The notes beneath the pieces are model-generated. The model did no database searches. It worked only from the letters and a program-made list of their open reading frames with translations, and was not told the DNA's origin. A program made the translations under genes and the position numbers. Source: Octopus vulgaris (Eukaryota). Taken from it: DNA of 64,000 nucleotides. The DNA is taken from assembly GCA_951406725.2 (NCBI GenBank), contig OX597818.1, positions 42,718,001 to 42,782,000 on the forward strand, read 5' to 3'. This document shows positions 13,401 to 27,807 of this stretch, piece after piece (position 1 is the stretch's first letter; every line of letters starts with the position of its first letter).

Positions 13401-16400
13401 CTTTCTAACTCTACCCTCACCAGCCTTCCTTCTAAAATGTGAGTAATCATACAGCTCCTCTACAGCAAAAGGTCCTTTTGTCTCATACTTTATCCCTTTC
13501 TACTCTTTATTCTCCTAGCATCTGTATTCTTCTCTCAGCCAAGAGGTCCTTGTCTTGAGGAATAGATGGTGCTAATACCATATTACAAAGCACTTATCTC
13601 AGTGTCACATAATAGTGTCTGTGCTGGTACCATGTAAAACTACCTGTTGCACGTAAAAGCACCTATACTATGCAATGTGAAAAGCACTCGGTACACTCTG
13701 AAATGGTTGGCATTAGGAAGGGTATCCAACCATAGAAACCATACCAAAAGAGACAACTGTATCCTGGATAGTCCTTCATCTGGCTAGCTCCTATCATACC
13801 GTCCAACCCATACCAGCATGCTTTAAAATGGTTGGCATTAGGAAGGGCATCCAACCATAGAAACCATACCAAAAGAGACAACTGGATCCTGGGCAGTTCT
13901 CCATCTGGCTAGCTCCTATCATACTGTCCAACCCATACCAGCATACGCTGAAATGGTTGGCATTAGGAAGGGTATCCAACCATAGAAACCATACCAAAAG
14001 AGACAACTGTATCCTGGACAGTCCTTCATCTGGCTAGCTCCTATCATACCGTTCAACCCATACCAGCATGCTTTGAAATGGTTGGCATTAGGAAGGGCAT
14101 CCAACCATAGAAACCATACCAAAAGAGACAACTGGATCCTGGGCAGTTCTCCATCTGGCTAGCTCCTATCATACTGTCCAACTCATACCAGCATGGAAAA
14201 TAGACATCAAATGATGATGATATAATAATTAACAATAATGATAGTCATAATATTAATGATGGCAATATCATAATGCTGATAATGTTATTGATGATAATTG
14301 TGATATAAAGTTAATTATAGGGCCTGTTTTCTGTTCAGTGGGTATTGTTATAATGTTGATTAGTACTTTTGTTGTTTTTTTTCTCCAGATATTGAATTAA
14401 AAGATATCCGTATTCCTGGAGTACTTCAACGTATTGCTGTAACTTACTTTGTTGTATCTATAGCACACATGTTTTCTGCCCGACCAGCTGACAGCCATCA
14501 AGTAAAGTATTTGAATTATCAACAACTTATAAGCTATAATTATTTCATTTCTGTTATTTGTACATAAAATCAATGTAATATTTCTAACCTTATTTGATTG
14601 TTTTAAGACTTTTTTTTTGCATTTAGTCACTGTCAAACACTATGTAAAAATTGTTTTTAAATGTACATTAAATGACTTTTAAAATTTGTCATTTACCATC
14701 AAAATGTAGACCACTACAATTAAAGCAGGGATATTTTTGTTTATACTTCAGTTTCTGATTTGGTGACATCAGAACTGACCAAAGCCTTGTGAGTGGATTT
14801 TGTAGACAGAAACTGTTACTATTTTTCATGGTAAAATATTTTGTTTTCAAATGACAGTTGAGTTTTTGGAGTTAGAAGAGACTAGGAAGTAAATAATTCA
14901 AAGTCAACATTTAATTACGAACTCCTCAATTTTTTTATTGTATATTTTCCAACAGAGGTAACTGCTAGCTAAATCTCTTTTTCTCCCACTTGTTATTATA
15001 CTCTCATTCCAACTACTCCCAGCACTAATTAAGTTATTTAATGAGGACATGCAAAGGTCATAAACACTGCCCGCTCTTCCACTGAACAACTAAAAATAAT
15101 TTGTGTGTGTGTATAAGGGGGGTGTCACCACTTGTTAGCCTTCTAAGTAGTTTATGGATTTCGTTTCATGACTTTACCACTGCTAACTGTTCTTGTATAT
15201 TGAATGCATTTGAAGTCTTGATTTCCTCCTAATTTTCATCTTTATTATGTTTCTACCAAGTACACCATACTGATTTCATATCAGCTTTCTTTGTACTTAT
15301 CAAGCAAGGCTCATTCCCTGATGTCGCTAAGGTTTCATATCCTTTATTGTTAACCGTTCTCTTAGTCTATATTTAAATCTAGGAAAGAAAAATAAAATTT
15401 TTAATTTGTCCTGAAATTAAATGAACTACTTGTCATTAAGAAACATTGCATTCTGACATTTGGAATAAATTTAATATGGTTATTAATATCATTTATATAT
15501 CATGAAAAAGATTTAATATATAGGAGGCACCTGTGTCGGTGGCACATAAAATCACCCACTACACTCTCGGAGTGGTTGGCGTTAGGAAGGGCATCCAGCT
15601 GTAGAAACACTGCCAGATCTGACTGGCCTGGTGCAGCCTTCGGGCTCTCCAGACCCCAGTTGAACCGTCCAACCCATGCTAGCATGGAAAGCGGACATTA
15701 AATGATGATGATAAGGAGGAGGAGGAGGATGAATACCATACATGTGTATTTTGGCCAGCCTGTATAATTTTGTGTTTTATGTTATAACTAATACACATGA
15801 AAGCACATGGCTCAGTGGTAAGAGCATCTGGCTCACAATCATGAGGTAGTGAGTTCGATTCCCGAACTAGGCCATGTGTTGTGTTCTTGAGCAAGACACT
15901 TTATTTCATGTTACTCCAGTTCACTCAGCTGTAGAAATGAGTTGTGACCTCACTGATGCCAAGTTGTATCAGCCCTTGCCTTTCCCTTGGGTAACATTGG
16001 TGGTATGAAGAGGGGGGGTGCCAAGTTGTATCGGCCCTTGCCTTTCCCTTGGGTAACATTGGTGGTATGGAGAGGGGAGGCTGGTATGCATGGGTAACTG
16101 CTGGTCTTCCATAAACAACCTTGCCCAGGGTTGTGCCTCAGAAAGGGAACTTCCTAGGTGTAATCCCATGGTCATTCATGACCGAAGAGGGTTCTTTACT
16201 TTTATAGTTAATATATCTGATAATGCATTATGAAAACAATTTTCTTTAATATATAAATACATGATTTTTTTTTTTTTATATTTCAGTTTGTTTGGTGGAG
16301 TCCAATCCAAGATATTGTTAATTATTGGCTTGACTGGGTTGTTGCGTTAAGTCTACTGATTATCTATCTTTGTGTGACATTCTGTTTACCAGTGCCAGGC

Positions 16401-19400
16401 TGTCCAACGTAAGTTTAACTTAAAGAAATTCTTTTGACCTGTCCCATAAAACTGTGTTCATAAGAAGAGATTGTTGTAGTTTATGTAGTTCATTATCTGA
16501 ATTAGATGACTAATATTAATACAACATTTTTAGAAATAATTTTGTTATATATAAAATGCTAAAATTCATTTACAAATCTGGCTTGAATATGAAGACTCTT
16601 CATAGATTTTGACTAATAGCTGGGAATTAAAGTAACTTAATTGTTTTGTCTTCACATGAGTTGGTGTAGCTACTAGCACTATGAAAGTATTTTGTGACAT
16701 TTTTTATACATTTCTCCATATTTAATTCTATATCAAGTATTAAAGCATCAAATAGAAACTGAAGTGAAATAACAATTATACATATTAATTAGTTACGCCA
16801 TCTTTTCAAGAATGTTATTTTCAAAATTTTTTGGCAGAAATATTGGCAGAAAAAGGAACCAGACTGTTACTTTGGATATTAATCAAGATGATTCTTGCAT
16901 CAGTGTTTTAAATGAATCTATATCTTACAGGGTGGTTTATATTTGTTCATCTTTTGTTGAATACATGTTCTTTACTTTTTTTTTTATTTTATGCAGTGGT
17001 TACCTAGGTCCTGGTGGATTGAGTGATTATGGTAAACACAAGAATTGTACAGGTGGTGCAGCTGGCTATATTGATAGACAAGTGTTTGGAAAATCACACA
17101 TGTATCCAAGAGGAACATATAGGGTATTTCTGTATTTCTCTACTATTATCAACATACACAATTCCTAATATCTTACATCTAGTTATACATTTAGATCGGA
17201 CTGATATTCACCAGTGACCACCTCTCCACTTCACCTCCTATCTTTACCATTCACTAATTCACTTCTATCATCATCGTTTAACGTCTGCTTTCCATGCTAG
17301 CATGGGTTGGACGATTTTGACTGAGGGCTGGCGAACCAGATGGCTGCACCAGGCTCCAATCATGATCTGGCAGAGTTTCTACAGCTGGATGCACTTCCTA
17401 ACGCCAACTCTATTCATCTGCTATTCCCCCTTTGCACTCCTGCACACTTAACCTACCCATCCACCCTATCCAATCCTCCAGACCATGTTCACCTTGCTGT
17501 AACTTGAGGGTATGCCATGACACCACTACCATTTTCTCTCCTTTTCCAACTGGGGTAACCAGGTATGTCCTCTACAGCATAACACCTGTTTCTTATTTCT
17601 TTATTGCCCACAAAGGGCTAAACATAGAGTGGACAAACAAAGGGATTAAGTCGATTACATTGACCCCAGTGCATAACTGGTACTTAATTTATCAACCCCG
17701 AAAGGATGAAAGGCAAAGTCAACCTTGGCGGAATTTGAACTCAGAACGTAATGGCAGACGAAATACTGCTAAGCATTTCGCCCGGTGTGCTAACGTTTCT
17801 GCCAACTCACTGCCTTCCTACAGCATAATACCTGTTTCTATCCTTCTGGCATACTTTAACTTCTCACCACCTGGCACAAAGCCACCTCCCTCAATACTAC
17901 ACACCCAACCTTAGTTGGGGAGGGAGTTTTGCCTTACAAGTTATTAGATGACCTCACCAGTGTTACTACCATAAAAAGGATCCAGGGCACTGTGAAATGG
18001 TTGATATTAGGACATCCAACCATAGAGACCATGTCAAAGCAGACATTGAAACTTGATGTAGTCCTCTGATTTGTTTGCTCTACTGAAATTGTCCAGCTTG
18101 TGCCAGCACAGCAAACAGACATTAGATAACGATGATGATGTTGATAAGACTCACTTCCATGCCTCTTTTCAGAATCACTAAGTGCAAGTGTACCCATATC
18201 CTTCTACACACACTTCTCTCCTACTATATATATCTCAGTTTTCTCTGATATACTGCTTTGCGATCTGGAACACCTCGTGCCATAGAACATTGGAAAACCT
18301 GTTGGGTTTTTTTGGGGGGGGAGGGGGTCCTGCTTCTCCCCTTCCTAAATAGATCTATCTCCAAGCTTCACTTCTAGCCACCTGGTAAAGTTCTCTGTTG
18401 TTCCCATTCTTCCAAATCTTCCAGCGTGACTCTTCGCTTTTATGGTTCTGACTACTTCCCTCTTCCATTACCATGCTGCCCTTGGTCTGGCTGGAATTTT
18501 CCACCGGTCACAGATTTGTTCTGTAGCCCTCAAGTAGATTGTCCTGTAAGAACATCCAGTTGGTATACATCTCTCCTCCTTTTCATTGAATGCTTCAGTT
18601 AATGATTTTCTAACACCCTGACTGCTTGAAGGATACATACTCTTCTATATCTTCCTTTTCCACATTGGTTTGTGACTCTCAATCTTTCTAGCTCTATGAA
18701 TGTATGTGTGTGTGCGTGCGTGCGTGCGAGTGTTTGTATCTCCTTATCCTGTCATCATGTGATACTTGTAAGTGTTGCCATACAAATAGTGTCATCCATT
18801 TCTAACATTCTGTGAGAACGTATCTGGTCATGTGTTTATATTACCTTGCTTGACAGTAGATGAGGATTGGCAACAGGAAGGGCATCTGGCTGTAGAAAAT
18901 GACCCATGCAATCATGGGAAAGTAGACGTTAAAATGATGCTGATGTTGATATGGTTGAAGAAAATACTAGTACAGTAGGATGTCACATATGTAATTTAGT
19001 GAGTTGAAAACTTCTGTCAGCTTAAATTAACCAAACAATTGTATGTTTTTAAAATCTTACGAAAAAAACAAGTCAAAATAAGGAAATAACTCCAATAAAA
19101 CATTTTTGTGAGGACTCTTTTCAATTTACTACATTACATATATGGTTTTAACTTATTTCATTATTTTCTCCATTGGATACTGGACATCATATTCCAGTTA
19201 ATTTTTCTCTAAAAATACCTGGGTCTCTATCATTTTTTAAATCCTTCACTTGAATTCAGACTGGTCAATTTCTAATTTTTCACCTCGTTATTTGTAAATT
19301 TTAAATTCTTATGTTTTGTGAACCAATAATCTAAGTTTATTTAAGAGCTTTTGTTTGTACTAGTTTTTCTCCTTTAGCTGAGAAATTTCTGATACATAAA

Positions 19401-20230
19401 TTTTACCACATTAATGCATCATTTTGATATTAATCATCATCGTTGTTTAATGTTCTCTTTTCCATGCTTGCATGGGTTTGAGAAAGTTTATTGAGGCAGA
19501 TTTTCTATGGTCAGATTTGTATCCTATTGCCAGGAGACCTTACCTAGTTCCTAGTAAAGTAAGTTTCCCTGTAGCCAGGCATGTTTTTCTAGAATAGTAG
19601 AAATGAAATGATATTCATTTACAACAATCACAATACCAAAACAAGGCAACATACACTCAAACAGGCTTCTTTCAGTTTCCATTTACCAAATCCATTGACA
19701 AGGCTTTGGTAGGCATGAGACATAGAAGTCAGTTGCTCAAGGTACCACACAGTAGGACTGAACCTGAAACCATGTGTTTGGGAAGCAAACTTCAAAACTA
19801 TACAGCTATGCATGCACCTAGACACCCATATTTTTTTATATTTAAATTTGATTTACTATTGTAAAGCAGACATTAAACGAACACAGTGATGATGATGATG
19901 ATGATATTGTATAAAATATTATTGTTTTTCTATGGTAGCTTGCTTACCAGTCTTATTAAAGTCATTAAAGATACAAATTTCATTAAACATTTTTTTTTTA
20001 TATTTGTTCAAAAGATTTTGACTGTCTCTTTTGACAGACTTCAATAAATATATTTAAATTTAAGGCGCAGGAGTGGCTGTGTGGTAAGTAGCCTGCTTAC
20101 CAACCACAGTTCCGGGTTCAGTACCACTGCGTGGCACCTTGGGCAAGTGTCTTCTACTATAGCCTCAGGCCAACCAAAGCTTTGTGAGTGGATTTAGTAG
20201 ACGGAAACTTAAAGAAGCCTGTCGTATATG

Positions 20231-20261
<31 letters not shown>

Positions 20262-23200
20262 TTGTCCCCCCAACATTGCTTGACAACCAATGCTGGTATG
20301 TTTACGTCCCTGTTACTTAGCAGTTCGGCAAAAGAGACTGATAGAATAAGTACTAGGCTTACAAAAGAATAAGACCTGGGGTTGATTTGCTTGACTAAAA
20401 GGCGGTGCTCCAGCATGGCCACAGTCAAATGACTGAAACAAGTAAAAAAAAAATTTTTTTTAATAATTTTAAAATAATCTTAAGATTCTAGTTGTAATTG
20501 ATATTCTTTCTTCATATTTTTTACTGTCTAAATTATTCCAATTTGGACAATTGGATTCCAGTTATGTCCACAAAACACAATTAAGCATACTCAGCTCTTG
20601 TTTTCTTCTTCATAGGAGATCTATCATACTCATCAATCATTTGATCCAGAAGGACTTCTTGGCACCCTTACATCATGTGTTATTTGTTTCCTTGGATTAC
20701 AGGTTTGTATCAGTTTATGATTGAAAGATATTTTATTTATTTATTGTAATGCCCTGTTAGGAAAATGAAATCTGTAGTAATATCTACAATCAAATAATCT
20801 CTATTACCTCTTGTCTCTAAACATCTTGTTGACTCTCTTGACATATCTAACCTTCCTTCACTACCAAATGAGATAAATTTTAAACTTCTTTAATAATAAC
20901 CTGAGACCACTTTTAGTTCTATGAAATGAAACAGGATATTTTTTTTTTAATGTCTGGAATATGTTATGCTTCAAACAGTAGCCTGATATGTTATTTTACT
21001 AAACACCACTAAATTCTTGATTATTTTCAAAACTGATTCAAAAATGACAGAGATGTACTTGCATAGCAAGTGACCTGATCTGAGATTGTGTGCTGGAGCG
21101 AAAACAATTGCAGCGTGGAAGGTGTTTATAAGCCATTTAAGAAACACACAAAAACCGTTAGATTCACTTCAACATTTAAATTTAATTCGTCAAAATATTT
21201 ACGTCGCTTTGAGATCGCGACCTCTTCACTGACAAAACTTTGTGCTGCACTGGCAGTTTTGTCAGTGAAGAGGTCGTGGTCTCAAAGCGACGTAAATATT
21301 TTGACGAATTAAATTTAAATGTTGAAGTGAATCTAACGGTTTTTGTGTGTTTCTTAAATGGCTTATAAACACCTTCCACGCTGCAATTGTTGATTCAAAA
21401 AATAGAAGCTGTTTATTTCATTAGAAATATAACTAAAAGTTCAATCAGTATTGTATCCACCTCTTTATGATGCTGTAGCTGCTGCTTCATGAATTTTTCA
21501 TTTATAGCAGTTAGTCAAATCACTGTTCTCTGACAAATGCCTATGACAGAAAGTCTACTTTATGCTTGACCATCCATGTCACCTAAATAAATGGAGGTGA
21601 GGTCAGTATGGATAACAAGAAGAAATACATGTAACTGAATGGAAATGACACAGATATTCTGATGATACTACATAGTCCTCTATTGTATTCCAGGCTCTTT
21701 TGTAAAGAGTCAGAGAGAAGAGATTGCATGTCTGTGGGCTAGAAATTAATGTGAGTTGGTGAGTGGCTTTATGCCAATCAGTCAAGTGGCCTCTCTTGGA
21801 TGCAGTTTTGGATTCTGTGGCTACACCAGATACAACATGCTAAATGTATGAGCAGTACACCATTGTGGTGTCACCTGAGCTTTATAGAGAGTTAGTAGTT
21901 GTTGGAAGCTGAAGTATTTTCTGGCTTTGAAAGAAAGACTAGTCATTGTGATGCAGTTTCAGCTATGTTGAAGATTTGTGTTTATCAAGAGACATCCATA
22001 GTGTTGGGGAGGGCTGACATTTGTCATGATCTTGAGGGTTCCAGTTCAGTGCTGCTCATGTTTAGAGGGGAATGGGGTGCCATAATGTTTTCTAGATAGG
22101 TTTTATTATTGTTTCTTCGTAATGTTGAAGCAGACAGGAAAGGAATTTGAGACAGTTTCATGATTTGATTTTTATAATTTATAGGATGTTTTTTTTTTTC
22201 CTTTCAGGCAGGAAAAATATTTCTTATGTTTCGGATGCATTCAGAAAGAGTGAAACGATTTTGTATCTGGGGTGTTGTTATAGTGAGTTACAATTACTTT
22301 ATTGATTTTACCGTTTTATTTATTCCATTCAAATAATTAGTTTCTTGTTGTGTAAAGTCCAAGCCCTTACCTAGAGCATCAAGGATTAAGTGGCTATTAA
22401 AACAATGATGATAATTTATTTACTATCATAAAAGTTTAATTTATGTGTCCATAGTGTAAGCTATGGACACATAAGAGGTGCAGCAATGTCAAAGGTAGGC
22501 TAACTGGGAAGATAGTTTTTGTATGTGGCAGATGCTCGGGAGCATTGACCTCCGAAAATCTGCAGAAAACAACTTCCGTCACTTTCCAGGGGGAAAAACT
22601 AGAAGTAGTTGATAGCTTCCGTTATCTAGGTGACCAAGTCAGTAGTGGGGGTGGGTGCGCTGAGAGTGTAACTGCTAGAATAAGAATAGCCTGGGCAAAG
22701 TTTAGGGAGCTATTACCTCTGCTGGTGACTAAAGGCCTCTCGCTCAGAGTAAAAGGCAGACTGTATGATGCATGTGTACGAACTGCCATGCTACATGGCA
22801 GTGAAACATGGGCCGTGACTGCTGAGGACATGCGTAAGCTCATGAGGAATGAAGCCAGTATGCTCCGATGGATGTGTAATGTCAGTGTACTTACTCGACA
22901 GAGCGTTAGTTCCTTGAGAGAAATGTTTGACCTAAGAACCATCAGTTGTGGTGTGCAAGAGAGACGGTTGCGCTGGTATGGTCATGTGGCGAGAATGGAT
23001 GAAGATAGGTGTGTGAGAAAGTGCCAATCCCTAGCAGTTGAGGGAACCCGTGGAAGAGGTAGACCCAGGAAAACCTGGGACGAGGTGGTGAAGCATGACC
23101 TTCGAACGTTAGGCCTCACCATGGAAATGACTAGAGACCGAGACCTTTGGAAGTATGCTGTGCGTGAGAGGACCCAGCAAGACTAGTGAAGCCATAACCC

Positions 23201-26200
23201 GTAGCCCCTACCTGGCACGTAGTCAGTCCACCTGTGCATACCTTCCTTCTTGTGACACTTGTGAAGACCTGTTGAGGCAAGTGAAAATCAAATCAAAAAA
23301 AAAAAAAAAAAATCAAATCAAATCAAACCAAATCAAAATAGATGAACATCAATGGAATTTGTATTCTTGTGGTACCAGTGCCGGTGGCACATAAGAAAAC
23401 CATCCGAACGTGACCGTAGCCAGTACCGCATCGACTGGCCTCCGTGCTGTGGGCACATAACAAACACCATCCGATCGTGGCCGTTCGCCAGCCTCGTCTG
23501 GCACCTGTGTCGGTGGCACATAAGAAAACACCATCCGAGCGTGGCCGTCTGCCAGCCTCGTCTGGCACCTGTGTCGGTGGCACATAAAAAACACCATCCG
23601 AGCGTGGCCGTCTGCCAGCCTCGTCTGGCACCTGTGTCGGTGGCACATAAAAAACACCATCCGAGCGTGGCCGTCTGCCAGCCTCGTCTGGCACCTGTGT
23701 CGGTGGCACATAAAATCACCCACTACACTCTTGGAGTGGTTGGCGTTAGGAAGGGCATCCAGCTGTAGAAACACTGCCAGATCTGACTGGCTTGGTGCAG
23801 CCTTCGGGCTTGCCAGACCCCAGTTGAACCGTCCAACCAATGCTAGCATGGAAAGCGGATGTTAAACGATGATGATGATGATGATGATGTTTATTGCTTT
23901 TATAAGGCTGCCTCTCACCATATACATGCAATATTGTATATTTTGTCATGTTTTGGTTTGCTCAAGATAATTCTCTCCAATTTAGACCTAACAGGTGATG
24001 AATCACTCTTTTCTTTCAGTGTCAGCACACACAGAAGTTGACATAACGATTTCAGAGTACTTTTCATTTCCATGCAAGTAAATCATTATGATCTGAATGT
24101 TGTTGTAGTTGACATGGTGTGGTAGTTGTGAGTGAGTCATCATCGTGCAAACTGTCCTTTGTTTCCAGTCGTGTGTCTGGTCATAAAGAAATATTAACCT
24201 TGCATGAAAACAGGTGAAGGTTGGTGGCAAGAACAGCATCCTGCCACAAAAAAATCTCCCTTGACAAAATTCTGTTTGACCCAGGTAAACATGGAAAAGT
24301 GGATGTTGAACTAATGATGATGATGATCGTATATATTTATGTCTTCTTTGTGCTTGGTTCATACAATGATAATACATACACGTGCCGGTGGCACGTAAAA
24401 AGCACCATTCGAGCGTGATCATTACCAGCGTCATCTTACTGGCACTTGACTAGTGACTGAGACATTTGGAAATATGCGGTGCTTGAGAAGACCCGGCAAG
24501 CCAAGTGAGACCATAACCTGTGGCCTATGCCAGGGGTGTAAGCAGTCCGCTTAGGCATACCTTTCCTTCATTGGAAACTAAACTCTGCTTGCGAAGACCT
24601 GTTGAGGCAAGTGAAATCGAAATCAAATTCGATGACAGCACCACATGACTGGCATCAGTGCTAGTGGAGTACTAAGAGCACCATCTGAGCATAATCGTTG
24701 CCAAGGCTGCTGACTGGCACGTAAAAAGCACCATTCGAGCGTGATCGTTACTAGCGTTGCCTTACTGGAACTTGTGCTGGTAGTACGTGAAAAACATTTG
24801 AGCAAGGGTGTTGCCAGTGCCACTGGACTGGCTCCTGTGCAGGTGACACTTAGAAAACACCATTTGAGCATGACCATTGCTAGTACCACCTGACTGGTCC
24901 TGATGCCAGTGGCACATAAAAGCACCTACTACACTCTCGGAGTGGTTGGCATTAGGAAGAGCATCCAGCTGTAGAAACTCTGCCAGATCAGATTGGAGCC
25001 TGGTGCAGCCATCTTGCTCACCAGTCCCCAGTCAAACCGTCTAACCCATGCCAGCATGGAAAGCGGATGTTAAACGATGATGATATATATATATATATAC
25101 ATACGTATACATATCTTGTTTCGGTATTTGGCTACCAAATGTTATCCTACAGTAGGATATATACCAGGGCTGGATACACATTTGAATAACTATAAAGAAT
25201 GATCTTTTATAATGGTTTATGAATAGAATATAAACTCAGCAATTTAAAGCTGGTGTGCAGTGCAGAAACAATTGTTGTGATCTACTATTAAAGCTTGATG
25301 TCCTCCACCCTTTTGTTATATTATTTTTATACTTGTGTGTGTGTATTGTTACTAAGTTTCAGTACTTGATGCAAACCTAGAATTCATTTATTGTTTCAGA
25401 TAAACATCTCTAAACAAGTAACAAACAAAAAAAAAAAAAAGGAAATTGTGTGTTTTATCTGACATTCAAATCTTCCTATTTTATAGGGTGCTATTGCGTT
25501 GGGCTTGTCAGAAGCTTCAAAAGATGAAGGAATTATTCCACTCAACAAAAATCTTTGGTATGTATATATTTACTTAAACCTTTCGTTTTTACTTTATCAT
25601 TTTATCTGTTTCATTTTATTGAACAGATGTTGATTTTTACAAGAAGTGTGCAACCAACCCATGAAGAAAAGTAGTAACTCTGGATTAAATAAAAAAACAA
25701 GCTGATACAGGATAGAGGAGTCTCTTTAGTCCTGTAACAGATAACCACTGATACGGGTGGTATGATAAATTACTCACAGCTCGTGCTGTAGAGCAGTTGG
25801 TGCTAGGAACGGAACCTGGTTATGGAAACCATGTCAAAATTCTGACACAACAACAAAGATTGGCAATTTTCCTCAGTTATCATTTGCCTGGTGATAATGG
25901 ACCATGACAAGTGGCAAGATGCTTTGAGACCTTATCCAAAGACAGAAGCTGAAAATAAGAAGTTTGTCAGTGTTCTGCAAAGGCATAGGGTGTTCCAGAT
26001 TGCAAAGCAAGATGTTGTTGTTGATAAGTGTATACAGTATGGCAGTGATGCACTTTGCTCTCACTGATGCCATGAAGAGAGAGACATGGAAATACTATGA
26101 GCAGTTTCTGGAATAAGTAAAATGCACAAGAGATGAGCTACTTCAAATAAACCCAGTTTATAAAGTTGAAAGTATCATTAAGAATATGCTGTCAGGGATA

Positions 26201-27263
26201 GCTGCTGTGATCCTAAAAACAGCTGCTGAAGTAGGATACTACCTAGTATATCAATTCAGAGAGATGTTATCTATCAGTATCATCATCATCAGCTGCTACA
26301 AAAGCAAAGGAGATGCTCTTGAAAGAAGCAACTACAGAGGTATCAAATTAATGGACCAAGTTACAAAAGTAATAGTTATTAGCACATCTAATTAGAAAGT
26401 GAATCAGTTGAGATGCAATATTGCCAGGAGAGAATACTACAAATGTTCTCTTAGTGCAACAACTCCAGGTGAAGCTCTTAGAGCAAGCCACTCTATCATT
26501 CATTGACCTTGCAGAAGATCTCTAGAGTTCCATGATTTGTAATTTGGTGGTTGCTAAAAAAGCTTGGAAATTCCTTTCAGAGTTTCTAAAATTGCAGGGT
26601 GGAAGTTATCCTAAGGTTAGAGAAACCTGGCCTGAATTCTTGCAACAAACTCTAGTCAAAGGCCAGGTGTTAAATTTAAACTGAGTGATGGATTAAGTCT
26701 AGCACCAAACAACCCTTTTTTCATCTACCCAATCGCAGTCTCAAGGTTTTGATCAACTTGATGCTATGACTAAAGATACTTGCTCCCTCATTTGTTTCAA
26801 TGCTATATGGTTCTGTATATTCATTAAGACATGACAGTGCCAAAAGCTTTTCTAAAATAGTGACTAATGAAGGAATGAGTTTAACAAATTTAAAACATTT
26901 CTATTTAAACTTGTCTAATTTAATGTTGGGGGCAGGGACTAAGTGAAAAGGGTTCTAATTTAACATCCCCACCACTGATAAGAATGACTCAGTTAGAAAG
27001 CCAGAACAATTTTCAATATATGCCTTCTCAATCTGAGTTGACTTGAGGCTAATCTACTACAATAAATTTGAAATTATTCTAAAGAATTCCATTTGTTTTT
27101 CAGGTCTGTCTCATTCATTTTTGCAGCAGCTTCATTAGCTTTCTTCGTGCTTGCTCTCTGTTATCTTGCAATTGATGTAGGGAACATTTGGTCTGGAATA
27201 CCATTTACCTGGGCAGGTAAGTCATTTCACACAAATTTTATCTCAAAATAAAGCAAAAGTTAC

Positions 27264-27306
<43 letters not shown>

Positions 27307-27769
27307 TATCATAATCAAATCAAACCACTATCAAATGGAAATTGTAGTTGTGGCTGATGCCAGTGCTGCCTGACTGGCTCCCATGCTGGTGGTACACAAT
27401 AAGCACCATTCATGCATGTGTCATTGCCAATGCCGCCTGACTGGCTCCTTGTGCCAGTGGCACATAAAAAGCACCATCCAAACATGGCTGATGGCAGCGC
27501 CGCCTGACTGGCTCCCATGCCAGTGGCACATAAAAAGCACCATTCAAACGTGGTTGATGCCAGCCCCCTCATCCCAACTGGCTCCTGTGCTGGTGGCACA
27601 TAAAAAGCACCCACTACACCCTTGGAGTGGTTGGCGTTAGGAAGGGCATCCCGCTGTAGAAACATTGCCAGATCAGATTGAGCCTGGTGTGGCCTCCTGG
27701 CTTGAGACCCCAGTCAAACCGTCCAACCCATGCCAGCATGAAAAATAGACATCAAACGATGATGATGCT

Positions 27770-27807
<38 letters not shown>

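Noticed and set aside
15797-15880. Possible tRNA gene (also 20062 and 55882)
   Set aside because: A/B boxes run into SINE bodies and there is no complete cloverleaf.
21088-21379. Mirror-image ORFs on both strands
   Set aside because: A by-product of the inverted repeat.
23380-23725. CRISPR-like repeat-spacer array
   Set aside because: Spacers are homologous or identical, there are no cas genes, and it lies in a eukaryotic LINE 3' UTR.
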